DNA from: Candidatus Thorarchaeota archaeon
GTDB lineage: Archaea > Asgardarchaeota > Thorarchaeia > Thorarchaeales > Thorarchaeaceae
Assembly (NCBI GenBank): GCA_003345545.1
Contig: PRDH01000035.1
Location: forward strand, 28,171-92,170
Length of the DNA: 64,000 nt
Direction: 5' to 3'
Program-made: the position numbers and the translations under genes
The notes under the pieces: generated by a model
Seen by the model: only the letters and a program-made list of their open reading frames with translations
Database searches by the model: none
Told to the model about the DNA's origin: nothing
Shown here: in pieces, positions 8,247 to 17,326 of the stretch
Position numbering within the stretch: the stretch's first letter is position 1
How the letters are laid out: every line of letters starts with the position of its first letter

Positions 8247-9431
8247 ATGGCAATGAGGAAGCATCAAGTCGTGTCTGAAAAGGTTCTCGAATCTGCAAAA
8301 CGGGCTCTGGAGGAGTGTCGACCGAAAGATGCCATTACTGCATTAGAGCCCCTGGTTGAATACGATGATGAAGATGTCGATGCACTTGTCTATCTTGGAA
8401 TCGCATATGTGCAGGCTGAGATGCCTGAGAAAGCTGTAGAGGTACTCTATCGCGCTGATGAGCTCGTCGAACAACACTATGTTGTTGAACTGTTTCTTGG
8501 CAGAGCTCTCTGGGCTTTGGGCAAGGTGACATCGGCAGAAGAGCACATCCAGGAGGCCTTACGACTTGATTCGACTCAGCCAGAGCCATGGATAGACATT
8601 GGGCGAATCTATCTCCAGAAACGTGAGTATCGTCAGGCACTAGAGCATTTGGAAGTAGCTATTGCGAAGTTTCCTGATGATATCAGTGCCATTTTCCTGC
8701 ATGCCTTAACACTGTATCGCCTTGGGGACTTCACAGCTGCGACGAAGGAGTGGGCTCGAGTCCACGCTCTTGAGCCGAAACTCATGACAGCAGTTTCAAA
8801 TTACGCATACGTATTATTGCTTCAAGAACGTTCATTCGAAGCAGCTCCCTTCGTGGGCTATGCGAACACCATGAGTTCTGACGACTATAGGTCTCTGATT
8901 CTCTTGGGCGAACTCCGATTCCAATCAGGTGATCACGAAGGCGCGCTTGAATGCTTCAGAAAAGTGCTAGATAGAGATCCGAAGAACATTGAAGCTCTTT
9001 CTAGGATTGCTGTAATTGCTCACAGCTCACGTGATGACAAGGTGTGCAGGGAGCATCTCAGTCGTGCTGAAATGGAATTAGGCAATGATCCGGAGTCGTG
9101 GAGAGGGCTCTGCGGTGCATATCCCTACCTTGGGAAGTGGGATGAATACCTAGACTGTCTAATCCGTTGGACTAATGCTGACAAGAATGCTGCAGCTCCT
9201 TGGGTCACTCTAGCAAAAGAATACGACCGCAGAGGAGAGCTTGAGCACGCCCGGAATGCATGGAGGAGAGTCTTTGAACTGAGGGGTTACGTGAAAACTA
9301 GATGTCCAAGCTGCAAGACTGAGACACGACTGCCGTATAGTACTCCCTCAGGATTCGACATCTGTGCAGACAAGTTCTGCGAAACCTGCGGCTCGGTAGT
9401 CTATATGCCAGCTGGCCTGCCTTATGACTGA
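8247..9431 (+). CDS. TPR protein with C-terminal zinc ribbon
   Basis: Multiple TPRs followed by CPSC...CETC. Confidence 0.85.
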   Translation: MAMRKHQVVSEKVLESAKRALEECRPKDAITALEPLVEYDDEDVDALVYLGIAYVQAEMPEKAVEVLYRADELVEQHYVVELFLGRALWALGKVTSAEEHIQEALRLDSTQPEPWIDIGRIYLQKREYRQALEHLEVAIAKFPDDISAIFLHALTLYRLGDFTAATKEWARVHALEPKLMTAVSNYAYVLLLQERSFEAAPFVGYANTMSSDDYRSLILLGELRFQSGDHEGALECFRKVLDRDPKNIEALSRIAVIAHSSRDDKVCREHLSRAEMELGNDPESWRGLCGAYPYLGKWDEYLDCLIRWTNADKNAAAPWVTLAKEYDRRGELEHARNAWRRVFELRGYVKTRCPSCKTETRLPYSTPSGFDICADKFCETCGSVVYMPAGLPYD

Positions 9432-9446
9432 TGAGATGAATGAGAT

Positions 9447-9935
9447 ATGAGTGACCGAAGGTACCCCTCTCATCCCATTCCCGGAGTAGGTGCAGTCGTT
9501 ATTGGTTCTCAGGGCGTTCTCTTGGCTCGAAGAGACAAAGCCCCCGGGAAAGGGCTCTGGAGCATCCCTGGTGGTGGTGTGGAGCTTGGTGAGACACAGA
9601 TTGAATCCATAAGAAGAGAGGTCGAAGAGGAGACTGGAGTCAAGTGCGAGGTTCTCGAGCTCATAGGTACTTTCGATCTCATAACCAAGGATGACAAGGG
9701 AACTATCGAGTTTCATTTCCTATTGAACCACTACGTCGCTCATGCTGTCACCGAAACAACGAGACCTGAGTATTCTGATGGTGAGGTTGGATGGTTTCAT
9801 CCTGACAGATTGCCTCCAGATATGGCTAGCTCAGGGATTGAGGCACTCATCAAGTCTCAGCGATCGAGGATTTTGTCGCTCATGAAACATAACAAAACAC
9901 CGAATGTCATCCCTTCAGATTGCCAAGGAATATAA
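9447..9935 (+). CDS. Nudix hydrolase
   Basis: Nudix box GGGVELGETQIESIRREVEEETGV. Confidence 0.93.
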   Translation: MSDRRYPSHPIPGVGAVVIGSQGVLLARRDKAPGKGLWSIPGGGVELGETQIESIRREVEEETGVKCEVLELIGTFDLITKDDKGTIEFHFLLNHYVAHAVTETTRPEYSDGEVGWFHPDRLPPDMASSGIEALIKSQRSRILSLMKHNKTPNVIPSDCQGI

Positions 9936-9997
9936 GAATCCCCGTGCTGCTATTTGATACAGTATCTAATCTTCCGCAAAAGGACGTGTTGAATACA

Positions 9998-10459
9998 ATG
10001 TTTCGAACCATTACTGCACTGTTGATTGCTCTAGTGACAGCGATCTTGATTGGAGCCTTTCAGATATTGAACCTAGATCTTGCAACCATCCAGGCTATCA
10101 TTGGTAGTGGCGACATTACTGGCGACCTGAGGGTCATGGGCGGCACTCTGTTTGCCTCACTCCTATTCCCGTACACGACAGCTCAGGCTGGAGTCTATGC
10201 CCCGCTTGTTGCCCTAGGTGTAGCCGGGTTCATTGCAGGATTGATCTCAAAGAGCGGTGTAAGAATGCTCGTTGTATCGATCATTGCGATGGTGCTCTTC
10301 TTCTTGGGCTTCTACATCCTGACATATCTAGGCGATCCGGCCAACTTCGCCGAGATGTTCAATGTGGCGCGTAACAACATTATCGACCTTGGCGTCAGCT
10401 TCGGTCTGCTTTTCATACCCGGGATTATCGGCGCATCACTGACTGCAGAAGACTATTAG
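9998..10459 (+). CDS. Hypothetical membrane protein (~4 TM)
   Basis: Four hydrophobic segments; ATG 9998 avoids overlap with the Nudix gene. Confidence 0.75.
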   Translation: MFRTITALLIALVTAILIGAFQILNLDLATIQAIIGSGDITGDLRVMGGTLFASLLFPYTTAQAGVYAPLVALGVAGFIAGLISKSGVRMLVVSIIAMVLFFLGFYILTYLGDPANFAEMFNVARNNIIDLGVSFGLLFIPGIIGASLTAEDY

Positions 10460-10475
10460 TCGCAGAATCACGACT

Positions 10476-10507
10476 TGGATTGGGGGTAATCCCCATTATC
10501 CATTTTT
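10476..10507 (+). terminator. Stem-loop + T-tract
   Basis: TGGATTGGGG-GTAAT-CCCCATTATCCA then TTTTT, between convergent genes. Confidence 0.5.
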
Positions 10508-10513
10508 GTTGCT

Positions 10514-12010
10514 TCAGTTGTTCAGAACCTTAGCCATATGTTGAGAGGAGAGTTTCAGAAACTCGTCGACATGGTCTTTGTGAATGAATGCTCCTGCCGC
10601 CATCGGATGACCTCCCGCCTCTGCTACGAGGATTCCGTATTTCTTATTCATGTTCTCTGCGACTGACACGAAAGTTTCCTTGAGATTCAACCCTCGCTTG
10701 ATCAGGCTCCTATGAGCACGTCCTGACAGCTTGACAAGAGGACTGTCATTTGACGAGTCTGAGCTGACGCCGATGACGGGTTTATCAATAGGGATTATTC
10801 GTGAGCTTTGCGCCATACCGATAACAACGCCAATGATAGTATCCGGAATCTCAGGATCATTCACCAGATAAAAGCCCGGCATGGTCACAAATCCTCCATC
10901 CTCCAGAAGCCTCAGAGACTGCGCCAGATTCTGTCTGTGCTGCTGCAGCAAGTATCTCCCGTTAGCGACTGCTTCAGAGTCCCCCAAACAAACTTTGACA
11001 CCTACTTCCGGTTGCTTGTTCCGACCGCAGGCATTCAACAGCGTTGAGAATTCCTTTGCACTGCGCATCTCAGTTTTCTCAGGTCGTTGCGTAAGAATCA
11101 CAACATCACCAACAAGTCCAGTAGCGACTATGGGGTCATTGTAGGAATCGATAACCACTTGGATTAGTCTTTGGATGATTCGCTGCTTCTCATCAGATTC
11201 CAGATCAACCCATGTCCGCCATTCATCATTTCCATCTTTCAACGGAATTCCAAGTTCCTCAAAGAACATGAAGCATGCCGTTTCGTCACCGGTGATTCCT
11301 GGAAGATACGGGTCGGTTGCATATTGCAGGAGATAGGGCAAAGGGCGCGTATTGACTCCGAAGAAAGTTAGGTCTTTCGTGACTCTTAGGTACCCTGCAT
11401 CTTCCCCCAATTCAAGTATTTTCTTATTGATTCCCGAGAACCCTTTTCCATAATAATCCTGCAGGTCTCCTGTGGCTCCCACAATGGCCAGTTCAGCGAG
11501 GTCGACGTTCTCTGTTGATAAGGACAGAGCCAGAAGAAAGGCCACGCCTGCTCCAGATATATCGTAGCTGCCATTCATGCCATGATGAGATGGATTAATC
11601 TCTATCAGCCTATCACTTGTGAATGACTGTGTCTGCCGCGATTCCTCGTCTTGTGGCAGATGGTGATCGAGTACAATCGCGTGTTCAACGTAATCTAGGT
11701 CAGCAACTAGGTTTCTCACAAGCTCGATCTGCCCTGTTCCAAAATCACTGAATACGACTAAGTCAGGCTGGTAGTTCTCGACCTCATCACGAATTTCGAC
11801 AATTGTTTCGGAGTTGATCTGATGGATATTCCTCCATTCTACTTGTAGCTTTTCACGGTTAAGGGCCATGACCACAATTGCTAGAGCTGATATGCCATCG
11901 GCATCGATGTGCGAGAAAGCCATTGTCTTCCGTGATTGCCTCACAGCCTGTACTGCCTTGTTGAGCATTTGAGTCATAGATTTCGGGATTGATTCAAGAA
12001 GTGTGTCCAT
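10514..12010 (-). CDS. RecJ/Cdc45-like DHH nuclease (GAN type)
   Basis: HIDADG, SDFGT, LDHH, GATGD, GGHPMAAG motifs; central insertion FFGVNTRPL..DPYLPGITG typical of archaeal GINS-associated nuclease. Confidence 0.88.
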   Translation of the reverse strand: MDTLLESIPKSMTQMLNKAVQAVRQSRKTMAFSHIDADGISALAIVVMALNREKLQVEWRNIHQINSETIVEIRDEVENYQPDLVVFSDFGTGQIELVRNLVADLDYVEHAIVLDHHLPQDEESRQTQSFTSDRLIEINPSHHGMNGSYDISGAGVAFLLALSLSTENVDLAELAIVGATGDLQDYYGKGFSGINKKILELGEDAGYLRVTKDLTFFGVNTRPLPYLLQYATDPYLPGITGDETACFMFFEELGIPLKDGNDEWRTWVDLESDEKQRIIQRLIQVVIDSYNDPIVATGLVGDVVILTQRPEKTEMRSAKEFSTLLNACGRNKQPEVGVKVCLGDSEAVANGRYLLQQHRQNLAQSLRLLEDGGFVTMPGFYLVNDPEIPDTIIGVVIGMAQSSRIIPIDKPVIGVSSDSSNDSPLVKLSGRAHRSLIKRGLNLKETFVSVAENMNKKYGILVAEAGGHPMAAGAFIHKDHVDEFLKLSSQHMAKVLNN

Positions 12011-12084
12011 TTTCTTCGGGTGTTAGTGGTTTTTCCATGATATAAGTTGACTTCTCTGATGAGCCGAGAGTCTATGTTTGTCAG

Positions 12085-12423
12085 CTAGTCAGTCACACGG
12101 AACACCCTGGATATTGCCAAGAAAACGATGAGAAAGACACTTGCGACTGCAGCAAGTCCTTTTGCCACCTTCTGCCACGTCTTCAGAGGAACTTCGAGTT
12201 CTCTGAGTTCATTCTTGACTCGCTTCAAGAAGACTCGCCTCTCCGTAAACAAGGCGATCTGGTCGTCAAATCTGGACGAGAACTCAGCCCAACTTACATA
12301 GAGCGGGCTTTCAGGATTAGTATTCACCCATTCGTCCCACATGTCCAGTACTTCACTTCGGTGTGGTTCAGGGAATTCCTCAATTTTCTTCTGTACGGAT
12401 TCTATAATCTCGTCAACTGTCAT
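12085..12423 (-). CDS. Hypothetical helical protein with a single C-terminal TM (tail-anchored topology)
   Basis: Soluble helical N-terminus, then GLAAVASVFLIVFLAI eight residues from the C-terminus. Confidence 0.7.
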   Translation of the reverse strand: MTVDEIIESVQKKIEEFPEPHRSEVLDMWDEWVNTNPESPLYVSWAEFSSRFDDQIALFTERRVFLKRVKNELRELEVPLKTWQKVAKGLAAVASVFLIVFLAISRVFRVTD

Positions 12424-12612
12424 TGGTCCGTGCACCCCTTGTATCCCGGCAGAGGTTAGACGTGCGTCGCATTGCATTCTAATAAATGTTGACTGAATTG
12501 ATTCGAACGATTACTATATCGCGCGGAATCCAAGCTACCAATACATCTTGTGCTAATTGGCTATAAGCGGAGCGAATAGGGCAAGCGTTGTGCCATGCTC
12601 GATACAAAAGAG

Positions 12613-13137
12613 CTATCTCATTTTCGAGAGTTCGCGACCCCATTCCTTGATATCAACACGGAGTTTCTGGAGGTCCGCTGGACTAATGGTGTCGACTCTG
12701 CCATAGGTCCTCAGGATTCGTGTCCATCTCTGCATCTTTACGATGAGCGCCTCTGCTACTCCTTTGCTCTCCAGCATACCTGCAGCCTCGCTAATCTTCT
12801 GCGAGAGGTCGCTAGCAATAGCTCCTTCTCGAACTTGTGTTTCAAGGGTATCTAGGACTGCTTGATTGGTTGAAACTGCGCCTTTCTGAGCTACGCCTGC
12901 ACTGCTTGCAGCCTGCGTTGCTGGTCCTCCACGCTTGATGCTTTTCACAGTTTCAAGGATCTCGTCAAGTTTCTCTGAGTTTGCAGTCACTGCAAGAGCG
13001 ATTTCTGACTGAGTCTCCTGAATCTCAGTGACCTTCGAGATGACATCGATCATCCTATTCAACATCTGAGTGAGTCTCTCAATAGCTCCATTTATCTCAG
13101 TCAACTTTGCTCTCAGATATGTGTCTTCTTCACTCAT
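12613..13137 (-). CDS. Coiled-coil protein with putative Vps28 C-terminal-domain-like bundle
   Basis: Heptad N-terminus, Ala/Gly linker, then VLDTL...KMQRWTRILRTYGRVDTISPADLQKLRVDI, matching the Vps28-CTD residue pattern. Confidence 0.6.
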   Translation of the reverse strand: MSEEDTYLRAKLTEINGAIERLTQMLNRMIDVISKVTEIQETQSEIALAVTANSEKLDEILETVKSIKRGGPATQAASSAGVAQKGAVSTNQAVLDTLETQVREGAIASDLSQKISEAAGMLESKGVAEALIVKMQRWTRILRTYGRVDTISPADLQKLRVDIKEWGRELSKMR

Positions 13138-13339
13138 GCTTATCCCACTCTTGAGGACCGTATCTGATATCCACAATCTCTCGGACGCAGTTAGTTCTCA
13201 CGAAGATTAAGCTTTCTGTGGCATTCTCCTTAGTAGCGCAAGAATGACGTCCATAACCGAATATCTATATTACGCAACAGGAGTTTCCTCGAGCAGCATG
13301 TTGACGCAACTATAGATATCTGTGAGGAGAAGTCTACTC

Positions 13340-13687
13340 ATGTACGTCGTAAACTATCATGAACGAGATGCTATCGAAGTTGATATGGCCGGGGCCAAGG
13401 GCGCAACCGTGCGCTGGCTTGTGGCCAAGCGAACAGGAGCTCTGAACTTTGCGATGCGTCTGTTCGAGATTGCACCTGGTGGCATCATTCCGTTGCATGC
13501 ACATGAAGAGGAACACGAGATCTTCGTGCTCAATGGTAAAGTCAAATTGATTGGCGATGTTGAAGGCTATGCGAAGAAGGACGATATCGTGTTCGTCCCG
13601 CCGAACGTGCAGCATGGCTACGACAACACTGAAGGCAGCGAGATCTTCCGCTTCATCTGTGTAATTCCTCTTTTGGACAAAGAGTAG
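13340..13687 (+). CDS. Cupin domain protein
   Basis: PLHAHEEEHEIFVLNG...VPPNVQHG cupin metal motifs. Confidence 0.9.
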   Translation: MYVVNYHERDAIEVDMAGAKGATVRWLVAKRTGALNFAMRLFEIAPGGIIPLHAHEEEHEIFVLNGKVKLIGDVEGYAKKDDIVFVPPNVQHGYDNTEGSEIFRFICVIPLLDKE

Positions 13688-13734
13688 GTATATTTTTCTC
13701 TTCGAACTGAATGCTAATTGGGGGAGCTGGTCAT

Positions 13735-14541
13735 ATGGACCTTAGCAGAAAGAAACTCTGGGTCTTTGATGTCGATAACACACTAATTCTCGATGTGGAA
13801 CATCCTACTCCCTTTAAAGATGCCCTGACGCTATGGAGTTCACTTGAAGAGAAAGGTTGCACACTTGCTATTCTAACGAATGTGGGACGGCTCTCAAGCA
13901 GACAAGTACATCAAGCGGTTGAGAGAGCCGGATTTCATCTTCCCGTCGAGAGAGTCTACACTGCTGGTGCAGCAGCGGCAGCCTATATTCACAATAGGTC
14001 TCCCGGGGCACGCTGTTTCGTAATCGGCGAAGGCGGAGCCCAGGAAGACTTCATTGCACGGGGGCTTGATGTGGCGAACAATCCGCCAATCGATTTTGTT
14101 GCAGTGGCTGCCGATAGGGGAATGACATTTGATGAACTCAATTTTGCCACCAAGATGGTCAAGCAGGGTGCGGGCCTGGTATGTGTCAGTGGCAGCCGTG
14201 ACTACTCTGGGAAATATCTTGGACAGGATGATGTCTACATTGGTGAACGTTCAATAGTGGCGGCAATAGAGCATGCCACTGGCGTTGTCGCAGTCACAGT
14301 CGGCAAACCACTCCCTGAAATTGTCACGGAAACTGTGAAGACCATTGGATTCAAGTTGACTAATGCAGTCATTATTGGTGACAATCCCAATTCAGATATC
14401 GCCGGCGGCAATGCCGCTGGAGTCACAACAATCCTAGTGAAACGAGATCCCCACAATATAGTCGCCTTTGAATCAGGTGGCCTGGATACGAAACCGACAC
14501 TCACTGTGAAATCGCTGGAAGATGTGATTGATCTTCTCTAG
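13735..14541 (+). CDS. HAD-IIA (NagD-like) phosphatase
   Basis: FDVDNT, LTN, GKP, IGDNPNSDI motifs. Confidence 0.9.
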   Translation: MDLSRKKLWVFDVDNTLILDVEHPTPFKDALTLWSSLEEKGCTLAILTNVGRLSSRQVHQAVERAGFHLPVERVYTAGAAAAAYIHNRSPGARCFVIGEGGAQEDFIARGLDVANNPPIDFVAVAADRGMTFDELNFATKMVKQGAGLVCVSGSRDYSGKYLGQDDVYIGERSIVAAIEHATGVVAVTVGKPLPEIVTETVKTIGFKLTNAVIIGDNPNSDIAGGNAAGVTTILVKRDPHNIVAFESGGLDTKPTLTVKSLEDVIDLL

Positions 14542-15275
14542 TGACATCTCTCAAAACCCTCAAAGCCCCCGATTGTATCATTTCAACTGTGTTGTCCTCG
14601 AAGTCTGTCGTGTTTGAAACTGGGCCTCCGGGTACCAGCGTGACCGTTGCAGTGCTAGATGATCTGAAATTGGGCAAGTCCAGCTCCGAATTCGAGGAAT
14701 ATGAATCTTCACTCTTCGAAACAATCAGGTCCAACAACGATCTTGAAAGTCTACGGCATGACCCGCTGATCCGGTCGTATCGCGCACTTCACTGGTCCTA
14801 CTCAATGGATCCAACCAAGACTCGAGTTTCAAGCGAGGCTGTTCTGCGCCGGGTATTGCAGGGCGAGAATCTGTGGCGCATCTCTAATCTCGTTGATGTT
14901 GTGAATCTTGCCTCTGCATATCACAAGATACCAATAGGGCTAGTTGATGTCTCCAAGATTCAAGGTCAGTTGACGGTTCGAAAGGCTAGAAAGGGCGAGG
15001 TCTTCAGGAGAATAGGAGGCGAGGGAGTCGAGTGCAGGGGCAGAGAGCTTGTTCTCAGCGATGACAGTGGAATTGTCTGCTATGGTTTTGCGGTTCATGA
15101 CTCTGAACGGACAAAAATCACGCGTAGCACCAGATGTGCTCTTCTATTACTCTATGGTGCCCCTTATGCGACAGAGGATATAATGAATGACGCCACTTTC
15201 TTCACTCTAGGTGCTATCAAACGGTGGGTTGACTGCATGATCTCGAAACCTGTCCGGTATGCGGCTCCGGCCTAG
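14541..15275 (+). CDS. Stand-alone B3/4 domain (PheRS beta editing-like) protein
   Basis: SYRALHW..DPTKTRVSSEAVLRR..ISNLVDVVNLAS..PIGLVD pattern. Confidence 0.85.
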   Translation: MTSLKTLKAPDCIISTVLSSKSVVFETGPPGTSVTVAVLDDLKLGKSSSEFEEYESSLFETIRSNNDLESLRHDPLIRSYRALHWSYSMDPTKTRVSSEAVLRRVLQGENLWRISNLVDVVNLASAYHKIPIGLVDVSKIQGQLTVRKARKGEVFRRIGGEGVECRGRELVLSDDSGIVCYGFAVHDSERTKITRSTRCALLLLYGAPYATEDIMNDATFFTLGAIKRWVDCMISKPVRYAAPA

Positions 15276-17197
15276 AATTCCAGAAAGGGCTCACCCAAGA
15301 CAATGCGCTCAAGGAAGTTGTTTCTATTAGCTTTCATGACCAGCTGTTCGAATCTCTTTTTCAGTCGTTCCTCATCAACATATTCCGGTTCCTTCACGCC
15401 CATGCTTTCAATTACCTTCAGTAGCATGAAGTTGAAGTCGTAAGCCAGGAACTCCTCCTTCGCTGTTTTGCCCTTCTTTTGTATCTCCTTAATGATCCTC
15501 TTGGCAAGACCCTGTTTCTGCGCTTCGCGAGTTTCTGTCAAGTAATAGGACATGGACTTCTCATAATGGAGTTCTCCTCGTTGGACAAGTTCCCTCAGAA
15601 ACTCAAGGCCGAAAGTTGTTCTTGCGATGGCCTCGATTCTCGCAATGAAGGCATTGATGAGGTCATCATAGGAGACCATGCCTGCCTGCCCATGAGTATC
15701 AAAGACCTTGGCTGTATCCGGAGCTGATTCGAACTTCTGTTTCTTATCCAGTAGCAATCGTTCCTGTTCCAGTCGAGCGGCCTCCTCTGCTTTCAGGCGT
15801 TCCTCTTCAAGTCTGAGTTTCTCTGTGGCCGCCATCTCGTCCGACTTTCGTTTCTCAAGAGCCAATCTCTCTTCTTCAAGCTTCTTGAGAACCTTGTCCT
15901 GCTCCGCAACAAGCTTCTGCATGTGCATCTGAACGTCTTTTTCAGTGAGTGTCACGTGGTTGGTGAGCAGCCAACGGACGCTGATATGATTGACCTTTGG
16001 TTTGAGGTCTACAGATGAGAAAATGAAGCTTGCAGGTTCCTGCCCTGGCAATTGGGTTATGATATCTTCAGACTCCTTCTCTCCAGCAATGGGTTCGAGA
16101 ATCCTCTCAAGGACCTTCAGAGATTGTTCACTACTGATACGTCCAGTGGAGATGGTATTGAATTGCTCGAAAGCCTTGTAGTCTACATCCTTCGGGCTCT
16201 GAGTTGCTATAAGACACTCAACGCCATACTTCCTTGCTTGTCTGAACAGAAGCAAGTATGTTTCCTTTGGACCAGGTGAGAGCATTCCTGCAGGAATGAA
16301 GGGCGCAGCCTCGTCCTGGAATACCATCATTCGCGGCTTCTCCGTGAAGCCCTGTCTTAACATCCACGAATACAACTGGTTCAAGACGATAGCGATGAAG
16401 AAATGCTTCTCTTCCTCGCTTCTAAGCGTTTTGAGGAATATAACATTGATCGGAGTTTTTCCCTTGACTGGTCTTGTTAGCTCATCGAAGTCGATCTCGC
16501 CCTCTTCCTTGAACAGGAGCTGTGAGGAACCCACGGTCAGACTACGTATACGAGTCGCAAGGGTCAGTCGCTCTGAAAGCTTCATGAATGGTTCGAGGTC
16601 CACACCAACCGTCTTTGCATCTCCAGTGAGCATATCAGCCAGTTCTTTGAGCCCCTTAATCTCCGTTTTCTCGTTTTCCCAAATCGTTCTCAATAGCTCA
16701 TAGATGGCAGCGAAGGCTTTGCCTTCCCACGACCTCGTCAATCCGGCAACTTTCACAAGGACTTTCACGAGAGTCCGCGCACAGTTGTCAAGGAGCCGGA
16801 TGATATCATCTTGGTCTGCCATTCTATCTGGTAGTTTCAGCGGATTGATTGATATTGCGAGACCCTTGCTGCTGGCAGGCGTATACACGCGTACAATGAC
16901 CCTATCCATGTACTCCTTCAATCTCTCTGGAGGAACACCCTTTTCGGCAAGTTGCTTTGGATCTCCTGGCAACATCAAGGATGCAATATCACCCTGAGGG
17001 TCGAGGGCGAGAATCGGAATTCCCTGCATTGCAGCCTCCTCTAGGATACATTTTGATAGAACAGTCTTTCCGGAACCTGTAGATCCGAAGACTCCTCCAT
17101 GCTTTCGAAGAAGGTCCACACTTATCTCGAAATTCTCCCCAGTTCGATTTCCTTCTTTGTCGAGCTTGTATCCAATCCAGAGTTTTCCGTCTCCCAT
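15272..17197 (-). CDS. HerA/FtsK superfamily (DUF87-type) ATPase with C-terminal charged helical region
   Basis: Walker A GSTGSGKT, LDPQGD, Walker B VFQDEA, arginine finger RQARKYG, ATQSP; E/K/R-rich helix. Confidence 0.88.
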   Translation of the reverse strand: MGDGKLWIGYKLDKEGNRTGENFEISVDLLRKHGGVFGSTGSGKTVLSKCILEEAAMQGIPILALDPQGDIASLMLPGDPKQLAEKGVPPERLKEYMDRVIVRVYTPASSKGLAISINPLKLPDRMADQDDIIRLLDNCARTLVKVLVKVAGLTRSWEGKAFAAIYELLRTIWENEKTEIKGLKELADMLTGDAKTVGVDLEPFMKLSERLTLATRIRSLTVGSSQLLFKEEGEIDFDELTRPVKGKTPINVIFLKTLRSEEEKHFFIAIVLNQLYSWMLRQGFTEKPRMMVFQDEAAPFIPAGMLSPGPKETYLLLFRQARKYGVECLIATQSPKDVDYKAFEQFNTISTGRISSEQSLKVLERILEPIAGEKESEDIITQLPGQEPASFIFSSVDLKPKVNHISVRWLLTNHVTLTEKDVQMHMQKLVAEQDKVLKKLEEERLALEKRKSDEMAATEKLRLEEERLKAEEAARLEQERLLLDKKQKFESAPDTAKVFDTHGQAGMVSYDDLINAFIARIEAIARTTFGLEFLRELVQRGELHYEKSMSYYLTETREAQKQGLAKRIIKEIQKKGKTAKEEFLAYDFNFMLLKVIESMGVKEPEYVDEERLKKRFEQLVMKANRNNFLERIVLGEPFLEF

Positions 17198-17284
17198 GTC
17201 TAACACCAGACAGCTGTCAGATTAACTATGAGTGTTAAGAGCCTTTCCACCATAAGTCATTCTACTATACCGATTTCTTGGATG

Positions 17285-17314
17285 GAAAATGATGGATGGA
17301 GATGACTCCATCCA
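17285..17314 (-). terminator. Stem-loop + short T-tract after the membrane protein gene
   Basis: TGGATGGAG/CTCCATCCA 9-bp stem (17293-17301/17306-17314), followed on the minus strand by TCATTTT. Confidence 0.5.
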
Positions 17315-17326
17315 AATCATCCTAGA

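Noticed and set aside
12085-12423. SNARE assignment for the tail-anchored protein
   Set aside because: There is no uninterrupted ~60-aa heptad next to the TM (a Pro interrupts it) and no clear zero-layer pattern.
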